DNA from: Eledone cirrhosa
Lineage: Eukaryota
Assembly (NCBI GenBank): GCA_964016885.1
Contig: OZ024766.1
Location: 13,516,001 to 13,580,000, forward strand
Reading direction: 5' to 3'
Length of the DNA: 64,000 nt
Position 1 is the stretch's first letter. The number at the start of each line of letters is the position of its first letter. The position numbers were made by a program, and so were the translations under genes. The notes under the pieces are model-generated. The model searched no databases. It was not told where the DNA came from and was given only the letters and a program-made list of their open reading frames with translations. This document shows, piece after piece, positions 54,487-64,000 of the stretch.

Positions 54487-56280
54487 GTGGTGGTGGTAGT
54501 GGTGGTGGTGGTAGTAGAGGTGGTGGTGGTGAAGGTGGTGGTAGTGGAGGTGGTGGTGGTGGTGGTTGTGGTGGTAGTGGTGGTAGTGGTGGTGGTGGTG
54601 GTGGTAGTGGTAGTGGAGGTGGTGGTGGAGGTGGTGGTGGTGGTGGTGGTAGTGGTGGTGGAGGTGGTGGTGGCGGTAGTGGTGGTGGTAGTGGTAGTGG
54701 TGGAGGTGGTGGTGGTGATGGAGGTGGTGGTGGTGTTAGTGGTGGTAGTGGTCGTGGTGTTAGTGGTGGTAGTGGTGGTAGTGGTGGTAGTGGTGGTGGT
54801 GGTGGTGGTGGTAGTGGTGGTGGTGGTAGTGGTGGTGGTAGTGGTGGTAGTGGTGGTGGTGATGGTGGTGGTAGTGATGGTGGTTGTAGTGGTTGTAGTA
54901 ATGGCAGTGGTGGTAGTGGTGGTGGTAATGGCAGTGGTGGTAGTGGAGGTGATGGTGATGGTGGTGGTGGTAGTGGTGGTGGTGGTCGATGTGGTGGTGG
55001 TGGTGGTGGTGGTGGTAGTGGTTGTAGTAATGGCAGTGGTGGTAGTGGAGGTGGTGGTGATGGTGGTGGTGGTGGTGGTGGTGGTAGTGGTGGTGGTAGT
55101 GGTGGTAGTGGTGGTGGAGGTGCTGGTAGTGGAGGTGGTGGTGGTGGTGGTGGTGGTAGTGGTGGTGGTGGTGGAAGTGGTGGTGGTAGTGGTGGTAGTG
55201 GTGGTGGTAGTGGTGGAAGTGGTGGTGGTAGTGGTGGTGGTGGTGGTGCTGGTAGTGGTGGTGGTGGTGGTAGTGGAGGTGGGGGTGGTAGTGGTGGTGG
55301 TGGTAGTAGAGGTGGTGGTGGTGGAGGTGGTGGTAGTGGAGGTGGTGGTGGTGGTGGTAGTGGTAGTGGTAGTGGAGGTGGTGGTGGTGGTGGTGGAGGT
55401 GGTGGTAGTGGTGGTAGTGGTAGTGGTGGTGGTAGTGGTGGAGGTGGTGGTAGTGGTGGTGGTGATGGTGGTGGTAGTGGTGGTGGTAGTGGTGGTAGTG
55501 GTGGTAGTGGTGGTGGTGGTGGTGGTAGTGGTGGTGGTGGTAGTGGTGGTGATGGTGGTGGTAGTGATGGTGGTGGTAGTGGTTGTAGTAATGTCAGTGG
55601 TGGTAGTGGTGGTGGTAATGGCAGTCGTGGTAGTGGAGGTGATGGTGATGGTGGTGGTGGTAGTGGCAGTGGTGGTGGTGGTAGTGGTGGTGGTGGTAGT
55701 GGTGGTGGTAGTGGTGGTGGTAGTGTTGGTGGTGGTAGTGGTGGTGGTGGTGGTAGTGGCAGTGGTGGTAGTGGCGGTGGTAATGGCAGTGGTGGTGGTG
55801 GTGATGATGGTGATGGTGGTGGTGGTGGTAGTGGTGGTGGTAGTAGTGGTGTGGGGGTGGTAATGGCAGTGGTGGTAGTGGTGGTGGTGTTAGTGGCAGT
55901 GGTGGCTGGTGGTGGTGGTGGTGGTGGTGGTACAGGTTATGGTGGTGGTGGTGGTGGTGGTACAGGTTATGGTGGAGGTGGTGGTGGTGGTGATGGTGGT
56001 GGTTGGTAGTGGTGGTGGTAGTACAGGGTATGGTGGTGGTGGTGGTGGTGGTGATGGTGGTGGTTGGTGGTGGTAGTGGTTGGTAGTGGTGGTGGTAGTA
56101 CAGGGTATGGTGGTGGTGGTGGTGGTGGTGGTTGGTGGTGGTTGTGGGTGAGGTGGTGGTGGTTGCAGTGGGAGTTGTGGTGGTTGATAGTGATGTTGGG
56201 TAGTGGTTGCGGTTGTGGTTGTGGTAGTGGTGGTAGTAGTGATGATGATGATAATAACAATGATGATATTTATGATGATG
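52777..56280. repeat. (GGT/AGT)n triplet tract
   Basis: 3.5 kb of GTG/GTA; the poly-Val ORF is an artefact. Confidence 0.97.
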
Positions 56281-56296
56281 ATAGTACACCACTTAC

Positions 56297-56434
56297 CTGT
56301 CTGACAGTTGCCACCTTCATATCCAGGAGCACATCCTCCATTAGAGCAGCTACCAGTCTGTGGCTTACATTTACTCTTGTCAGCACAATGACACATGTTT
56401 CGACAGTTTGGTCCAAATTTTCCTCTCTTACATC
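56297..56434 (-). CDS. Multi-EGF gene exon 3 (138 nt)
   Basis: TTGTAG|...|GTAAGT; CKRGKFGPNCRNMCHCADKSKCKPQTGSCSNGGCAPGYEGGNCQT. Confidence 0.92.
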
Positions 56435-56477
56435 CTACAAATCAATCAATAACAAATATATATTTTGGTGTGTATTT

Positions 56478-56593
56478 GTGTGGCCTTGTGGTAAGGGTGT
56501 TGGACTTACAATCATAATGTCGTGAGTTCTATTCCTCAACTAGGTTGTGTGTTGTGTTCTTGAGCAAAAGTATTTCCATTCATGTTGCTCCAG
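56478..56593 (+). mobile_element. tRNA-derived SINE head with a CORE-like domain
   Basis: TGGCCTTGTGGTAAGG...GAGTTCTATTCC...GTGTTGTGTTCTTGAGCAA. Confidence 0.65.
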
Positions 56594-56599
56594 TATAAT

Positions 56600-56790
56600 A
56601 ATAATTGTTTCTACTTTTGACACAAGGCCAGCAATTACCCAGTACATTACTGGTACTTTATTTTATCGACCCCGTAAGGATGAAAGGCAAAGTTAACCTT
56701 GGTGGGATTTGAACTCGGATCATAAAGGGACGTAACTCTATGCTTCAAAGCATGGCGTCCGACTCTCTACCAATACTGACAATCCACCGC
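56600..56790 (-). mobile_element. Nin/Deu-like SINE copy with TSD
   Basis: Reverse complement of 38899-39088; GCTCCAGTATAATAATAAT is repeated on both sides. Confidence 0.85.
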
Positions 56791-56795
56791 TCCAG

Positions 56796-56992
56796 TATAA
56801 TAATAATAATAGTGAAATTATTGTGTACAGTGCTCAGGTGCACTATAACTCATCAAAGGTGCATGTAAAGCACATAGAATAATGAACAAATGTCAGGAAA
56901 ATGAACAGTGTATGAGTCATGATAAACATATGTACGTGTGTATGGAGGATGGATATCAGGTGTAGTATTGGCGAATTTCAGGAAGCTTGGAG
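56796..56992 (-). mobile_element. CR1 LINE 3' fragment
   Basis: Reverse complement of the CR1 3'UTR and (ATT)n tail. Confidence 0.82.
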
Positions 56993-57351
56993 ATCAGTGC
57001 CAGTAATAGCTGGTGATTTAACCTTGGGATGGACTGGTGCCCTGTCCAGGGGAAGTTTTGTATTTTAAGTCACTTCATGCCATAGATAGCACTGGCCTGA
57101 TGACCCTCAGCACTCGAGACACACTTTAGACATTTTTTGTTTTTGTATATTCAACAGCCCAGTCCTTCTAACTGTCGGTAGGTATCACACTGAGCAGAGT
57201 CCACAGTATTCCCCACACCTGGACAGGATGCTAGTCCATTGCATGGTATTTCACTGCTATATTATTCTATCTACTCCAAAAGTATGACAGAAAAGTTGAT
57301 TTTGGTGGGATTTGAATACCGTTTTAAAAAAGGACTCAAAATCACAACCCA

Positions 57352-57581
57352 TTAAAACCTTTAGAATTTAAACCGGTTATATCCGGCCAGAATTCTCTCA
57401 CTTCTTTCTGTTCAAACCAGCCATAACTGGCTGCTCATACTTATGTTAAGGTATTGTTCTCAAAAAAGATAATATCAAAATCTCATAGATTTGATATTAT
57501 TTGAGATATTTATATGAGATAAAGCCTTTACTGTGAAAATATAATAGTGTATATGAAGTAGTGTAAATGCTAAAGGGTTAA
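57352..57581 (-). mobile_element. TTAA-ended MITE, opposite orientation
   Basis: Reverse complement of 50681-50910; ends TAAAGGGTTAA. Confidence 0.8.
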
Positions 57582-57802
57582 TCTGTAACTCTACTGCCCC
57601 TGCTACTCACATCTTCCTCATGATCAACATTTAACATTCACTTCCCCTGTAACCAAGAGTGGGATGTGTCAACAGAGACCGACTCAGAACTTAATCGGAG
57701 CTACTGACCTCTCAGATGTTACTGATACATTTCATCATGACTGAAGAGGACATTCATCCATTTGTCTGGTAGATTCTCTAAAGAAATAGAACTACAAAAG
57801 AG

Positions 57803-58292
57803 CACACACGTGTCTGACAGGTGCTACCTTATAACCAGGACCACACCATCTACTGTAACACACGTGTCTGACAGGTGCTACCTTATAACCAGGACCACAC
57901 CATCTACTGTAACACACGTGTCTGACAGGTGCTACCTTATAACCAGGACCACACCATCTACTGTAACACACCTGTCTGACAGCTGCTACCTTATAACCAG
58001 GACCACACCATCTACTGTAACACACCTGTCTGACAGGTGCTACCTTATAACCAGGACCACACCATCTACTGTAACACACCTGTCTGATAGATGATACCTT
58101 ATAACCAGGACCACACCATCTACTGTAACACACCTGTCTGACAGCTGCTACCTTATAACCAGGACCACACCATCTACTGTAACACACCTGTCTGATAGAT
58201 GATACCTTATAACCAGGAACACACCTTCCACTGGAACACACACCTGTCTCTGTCTTACACCTGTCTCTGTGTTACACCTACTATCATCTTGA
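57803..58292 (-). repeat. 54-bp minisatellite (x8) derived from the 3' half of an EGF exon, plus a half-exon relic
   Basis: Minus-strand unit TGTTACAGTAGATGGTGTGGTCCTGGTTATAAGGTAGCACCTGTCAGACAGGTG resembles TGTTCTAGTGGAGGATGT...GGTTATGAAGGTAGCAACTGTCAGACAG. Confidence 0.88.
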
Positions 58293-58323
58293 CTAAATAT
58301 ATTAAGTAGCAAACAAAGCTTAC

Positions 58324-58461
58324 GTGGCTGACAGTTGCTACCTTCATAACCAGCAGTACATCCTCCTCTAGAACACACACCTGTCTGTTTGTTACATTTA
58401 CTGTTGTCAGCACAGTAACATGTGTTGCCACAGTTGGCTCCAAATTTTCCATTTCTACAGA
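58324..58461 (-). CDS. Multi-EGF gene exon 2 (138 nt)
   Basis: CCACAG|...|GTAAGC; VCRNGKFGANCGNTCYCADNSKCNKQTGVCSRGGCTAGYEGSNCQP. Confidence 0.92.
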
Positions 58462-58521
58462 CTGTGGAAATAAAAATATGAGAACAATGACAATAACAAC
58501 AACATATAACACTATACAAGA

Positions 58522-58636
58522 TAATGCTTCTGATTTAGGCACAAGGCCAGCAATTTTAGGGGAGGAGAAAATCAATTAAATCGACCCCAGTGTGTGACTG
58601 GTACTTCATTTTATCAACCCTGTTGGGATGAAAGGG
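58522..58636 (-). mobile_element. Nin/Deu-like SINE 3' half
   Basis: GGCACAAGGCCAGCAATT...CTGGTACTTCATTTTATCAACCC. Confidence 0.7.
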
Positions 58637-58724
58637 ATAGCTACCACAATTCTATCATCTATATTATAGCGTTGTCATCTATACTATATCTATATCATCT
58701 GTACTATATTTGTATCATCTTAAT

Positions 58725-59075
58725 TTCCATGTTTCTAACACCCATGGATATGCCTACAAAGTCAGAAAACAGCACAGCTCCCATGACTTTCGGAAACATT
58801 TTTTCAAGCTCAGAGTTGCTGAAGCATGGAACAAACTACCTGCATCAGTTGTTAGCTGTCGAGACACTACATCCTTTAAAACCTCTATGCTTCCTGAGAT
58901 TCGTCAACACTGCACCTGATGTCCCCCCTTCCATACACACGTACACATGTATTTCATGACTCTAACACTGTTCCTTTTCCTGACATTTAAACATTATTCT
59001 ATGTACTATACATGCACCTTTGATGAGTTGTAGTGCACCTGAGCACTGTACACAATAATTTCATTATTATATTAT
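58725..59075 (+). mobile_element. CR1 LINE 3' fragment
   Basis: HVSNTHGYAYKVRKQHSSHDFRKHFF...WNKLP; (ATT)n tail. Confidence 0.88.
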
Positions 59076-59249
59076 TTTATACTCCAGTGGTATGACCTAA
59101 ACTATATATAATCCATACTATATTATACAATCTATATGATTTCTGTAACATCGATATTATGTCTATATACTTGCCGATTCTCTACACTCCATACTAATGT
59201 TATACTATATATTCATGAGGCTATGATATCCCCTTTATATTGTATGCAC

Positions 59250-59580
59250 ATAGCTTAGTAGTTAGAGCATTGGCCTTGCAATCGAAAGGTTGTGAGTTCA
59301 ATTCTCAGACCGGGTGATGTGTTGTTTCCTTGAGCGGGACACTTTATTTCCCATTGCTCCAGTTTACTCAGCTGTAGAAATGAGATGATAGGGACTGGAG
59401 TCCATTACATTCCACTGCAAAGTGGTCCTGGAGGTGCCACGGCAAAAAACACCCAATATTCACTGTAAATGAGGTTGGTGTTAGGAGGGGCATCCAGCTG
59501 TAGAAATCAAGCCAGAATCAGTTTCCGTCCCACCCTTGTAAGCAGGGAAATGCAGACGTAAAATGATGATGATGATGATT
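59250..59580 (+). mobile_element. CORE-like SINE head followed by an RTE-type 3' end with (GAT)n tail
   Basis: TAGCTTAGTAGTTAGAGC...GAGTTCAATTC; GGTGTTAGGAGGGGCATCCAGCTGTAGAAA...GATGATGAT. Confidence 0.65.
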
Positions 59581-59606
59581 GTAACTCCAAAACAGTTTAA
59601 ATCTAC

Positions 59607-59715
59607 CTGTCTCACAGGTGTTACCTTCATAACCAGCACTACACCCTCCACTAAAACACACACCTGTCTCTGTGTTACACCTAGCTGTGTGTTACACCTA
59701 CTGTCATCTTGACTC
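59607..59715 (-). pseudogene. Half-EGF pseudo-exon
   Basis: QDDSRCNT...CNTETGVCFSGGCSAGYEGNTCET|GTAGAT with an internal frameshifting duplication. Confidence 0.7.
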
Positions 59716-59756
59716 AATATATCATGTTAGAAACAAAGCTATACTACACCACTTAC

Positions 59757-59894
59757 CTGTCTGACAGTTGCTACCTTCAGAACCAGCAGTACATCCTCCA
59801 CTAGAACACACACCTGTCTGTTTGTTACACCTGTTATTATCAGCACAGTGGCATGTGTGTTTACAGTTAGCTCCAAATTTACCAATGTCACAGG
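59757..59894 (-). CDS. Multi-EGF (MEGF10/11-like) gene exon 1 in window (138 nt); gene continues beyond the right edge
   Basis: TTACAG|...|GTAAGT; CDIGKFGANCKHTCHCADNNRCNKQTGVCSSGGCTAGSEGSNCQT. Confidence 0.92.
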
Positions 59895-60159
59895 CTGTAA
59901 TATGAAATGTAATGTAAACAGTTTGAACAATTTCAAGATATAATATTTACAATTATTAACCTTTTTGATATCAAAATACCTGACACCGATTAACTGTTTT
60001 ACTCTATATATTTATCTAAAAACTTCCCACTATAGTGTTATGTAAGAACTTTTGTTAGGTTATGTTCCATCCAAAATATTAGTGATGAAAATCTCAGTTA
60101 TATAACTATAGCCCTTCAAATTCTTCATTATATAAAAATTTGTTTAAAATCGTATGCAA

Positions 60160-63100
60160 TATATTTCTTTAGTAATATGGTAATGAAAGGATTAATGACA
60201 TAGACAGTGTCTTTAAGTAGAAATATGGTAATGAAATGGTTAATGATATAGACAGTGTCTTTAAGTAGAAATATGTAATGAAAGGGTTAATGACATAGAC
60301 AGTGTCTTTAAGTAGAGATATGTAATGAAAGGTTTAATGACATAGACAGTGTCTTTAAGTAGAGATATGGTAATGAAAGGATTAATGACATAGACAGTGT
60401 CTTTAAGTAGAAATATGGTAATGAAATGGTTAATGATATAGACAGTGTCTTTAAGTAGAAATATGTAATGAAAGGGTTAATGACATAGACAGTGTCTTTA
60501 AGTAGAGATATGTAATGAAAGGTTTAATGACATAGACAGTGTCTTTAAGTAGAGATATGGTAATGAAAGGGTTAATGACATAGACAGTGTCTTTAAGTAG
60601 AGATATGTAATGAAAGGTTTAATGACATAGATGGTGTCTTTAAGTAGAGATATGGTAATGAAAGGATTAATGACATAGACAGTGTCTTTAAGTAGAAATA
60701 TGGTAATGAAATGGTTAATGATATAGACAGTGTCTTTAAGTAGAGATATGGTAATGAAAGGGTTAATGATATAGACAGTGTCTTTAAGTAGAGATATGGT
60801 AATGAAGGGATTAATGACATAGACAGTGTCTTTAAGTAGAGATATGTAATGAAAGGTTTAATGACATAGACAGTGTCTTTAAGTAGAAATATGGTAATGA
60901 AAGGGTTAATGATATAGACAGTGTCTTTAAGTAGAAATATGTAACGAAAGGATTAATGACATAGACAGTGTCTTTAAGTAGAGATATGTAATGAAAGGGT
61001 TAATGACATAGACAGTGTCTTTAAGTAGAAATATGGTAATGAAGGGATTAATGACATAGACAGTGTCTTTAAGTAGAAATATGTAATGAAAGGGTTAATG
61101 ACATAGACAGTGTCTTTAAGTAGAAATATGTAATGAAAGGGTTAATGACATAGACGGTGTCTTTAAGTAGAGATATGTAATGAAAGGGTTAATGACATAG
61201 ACGGTGTCTTTAAGTAGAGATATGTAATGAAAGGGTTAATGACATAGACAGTGTCTTTAAGTAGAGATATGTAATGAAAGGGTTAATGACATAGACAGTG
61301 TCTTTAAGTAGAAATATGGCAATGAAAGGGTTAATGACATAGACAGTGTCTTTAAGTAGAGATATGTAATGAAAGGGTTAATGACATAGACAGTGTCTTT
61401 AAGTAGAGATATGTAATGAAAGGGTTAATGACATAGACAGTGTCTTTAAGTAGAAATATGTAATGAAAGGGTTAATGACATAGACGGTGTCTTTAAGTAG
61501 AGATATGTAATGAAAGGGTTAATGACATAGACAGTGTCTTTAAGTAGAGATATGTAATGAAAGGGTTAATGACATAGACAGTGTCTTTAAGTAGAAATAT
61601 GGCAATGAAAGGGTTAATGACATAGACAGTGTCTTTAAGTAGAAATATGTAATGAAAGGGTTAATGACATAGACAGTGTCTTTAAGTAGAGATATGTAAT
61701 GAAAGGGTTAATGACATAGACAGTGTCTTTAAGTAGAAATATGTAATGAAAGGGTTAATGACATAGACGGTGTCTTTAAGTAGAGATATGTAATGAAAGG
61801 GTTAATGACATAGACGGTGTCTTTAAGTAGAGATATGTAATGAAAGGGTTAATGACATAGACAGTGTCTTTAAGTAGAGATATGTAATGAAAGGGTTAAT
61901 GACATAGACAGTGTCTTTAAGTAGAGATATGTAATGAAAGGGTTAATGACATAGACAGTGTCTTTAAGTAGAGATATGTAATGAAAGGGTTAATGACATA
62001 GACAGTGTCTTTAAGTAGAAATATGGCAATGAAAGGGTTAATGACATAGACAGTGTCTTTAAGTAGAAATATGTAATGAAAGGGTTAATGACATAGACAG
62101 TGTCTTTAAGTAGAGATATGTAATGAAAGGGTTAATGACATAGACAGTGTCTTTAAGTAGAAATATGTAATGAAAGGGTTAATGACATAGACGGTGTCTT
62201 TAAGTAGAGATATGTAATGAAAGGGTTAATGACATAGACAGTGTCTTTAAGTAGAGATATGTAATGAAAGGGTTAATGACATAGACAGTGTCTTTAAGTA
62301 GAAATATGGCAATGAAAGGGTTAATGACATAGACAGTGTCTTTAAGTAGAGATATGTAATGAAAGGGTTAATGACATAGACAGTGTCTTTAAGTAGAAAT
62401 ATGGTAATGAAAGGGTTAATGACATAGACAGTGTCTTTAAGTAGAGATATGTAATGAAAGGGTTAATGACATAGACAGTGTCTTTAAGTAGAGATATGTA
62501 ATGAAAGTTTTAATGACATGTCTTTAAGTAGAAATATGGTAATGAAAGAGTTAATGACATAGACAGTGTCTTTCATTAGAAATATGGTAATGAAAGGGTT
62601 AATGATATAGACAGTGTCTTTCATTAGAAATATGGTAATGAAAGGGTTAATGATATAGACAGTGTCTTTCATTAGAAATATGGTAATGAAGGGGTTAATG
62701 ACATAGACTGTGTCTTTCATTAGAAATATGGTAATTAAAGGGTTAATGACATAGACAGTGTCTTTCATTAGAAATATGGTAATGAAAGGGTTAATCACAT
62801 AGACGGTGTCTTTAAGTAGAGATATGTAATGAAAGGGTTAATGATATAGACAGTGTCTTTAAGTAGAGATATGTAATGAAAGGGTTAATGATATAGACAG
62901 TATCTTTAAGTAGAGATATGGTAATGAAAGGGTTAATGACATAGACAGTGTCTTTAAGTAGAGATATGTAATGAAAGGATTAATGACATAGACGGTGTCT
63001 TTAAGTAGAGATATGTAATGAAAGGGTTAATGATATAGACAGTGTCTTTAAGTAGAGATATGGTAATGAAAGGGTTAATGACATAGACAGTGTCTTTAAG

Positions 63101-63667
63101 TAGAGATATGTAATGAAAGGGTTAATGACATAGACAGTGTCTTTAAGTAGAAATATGGTAATGAAAGGGTTAATGACATAGACAGTGTCTTTAAGTAGAG
63201 ATATGTAATGAAAGGTTTAATGATATAGACAGTGTCTTTAAGTAGAAATATGGTAATGAAAGGGTTAATGACATAGACAGTGTCTTTAAGTAGAGATATG
63301 TAATGAAAGTTTTAATGACATGTCTTTAAGTAGAAATATGGTAATGAAAGAGTTAATGACATAGACAGTGTCTTTCATTAGAAATATGGTAATGAAAGGG
63401 TTAATGATATAGACAGTGTCTTTCATTAGAAATATGGTAATGAAAGGGGTAATGACATAGACAGTGTCTTTAAGTAGAAATATGGTAATGAAAGGATTAA
63501 TGACATAGACAGTGTCTTTCATTAGAAATATGGTAATGAAAGATTATATGATATAGACAGTGTCTTTAAGTAGAGATATGGTAATGAAAGGATTAATGAC
63601 ATAGACAGTGTCTTTAAGTAGAAACTTGGTAATGAAAAGTTTAATGACATAGAGTCTATGTCATTAA
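60160..63667. repeat. 47/48-bp satellite (~73 units)
   Basis: Unit (G)GTAATGAAAGGGTTAATGACATAGACAGTGTCTTTAAGTAGAGATAT. Confidence 0.97.
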
Positions 63668-64000
63668 GCCTTAATCCAAATATTCAATTACTTTCAATCA
63701 AGAAACAAATGCAAATATCCGACTAACTTGAATTTTCCCTCGGATTTTAAAATTATTTTACGTATTTTTTCTATATTAGTTTTTTGAACTTAATATTATT
63801 ATTTTTCTATTGTATTTCTTTATAATTATGTGAAGGCAAAAATATTTTATATTGTAACTTTTTATGTTAAATAATAAATGACTATAAAACTATACAAATT
63901 TTATATACTATATATTATAATAATTTCACAAAAGTCGCATTTATAGGTATATCAACTTATGCGGCCTCCTTTATTACTGCCTAATTTAAATGTGGCCTCT

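Noticed and set aside
51771-55863. Poly-Val 1028-aa ORF and HFTS-repeat ORFs
   Set aside because: Translations of intronic (GGT)n and the 16-bp minisatellite
57741-57790. CTGAAGA-GGACA...TGTCT motif
   Set aside because: No GAAA following stem II and no stem I

Overview
Repeat-rich eukaryotic genomic DNA, very probably from an octopus or other coleoid cephalopod. This is inferred from the C2H2 zinc-finger style, Nin/Deu-type SINEs, RTE/CR1/Penelope content and long (TA)/(CA) tracts. The window has two host genes on the minus strand. One is a single-coding-exon C2H2 zinc-finger gene (9 fingers) whose C-terminus is fused in frame to a CR1 reverse-transcriptase fragment. The other is part of a multi-EGF (MEGF10/11-like) gene built from seven 138-nt phase-1 exons, one of which is split cleanly in two by a 1.9-kb CR1 LINE insertion. 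The rest is three near-full-length RTE LINEs, several Penelope-like element remnants, SINEs, TTAA and hAT MITEs, a Tc1-like relic, three large satellites, microsatellites and a 200-N gap. The strongest non-obvious signal is a cluster of eight candidate minimal hammerhead ribozymes between 25.8 and 38.6 kb. They include an inverted pair with a U3-A8 core covariation and one with a roughly 80-nt extended stem II. Several tandem arrays visibly derive from neighbouring coding or transposon-end sequence. All calls were made by eye; no database searches or folding programs were run.
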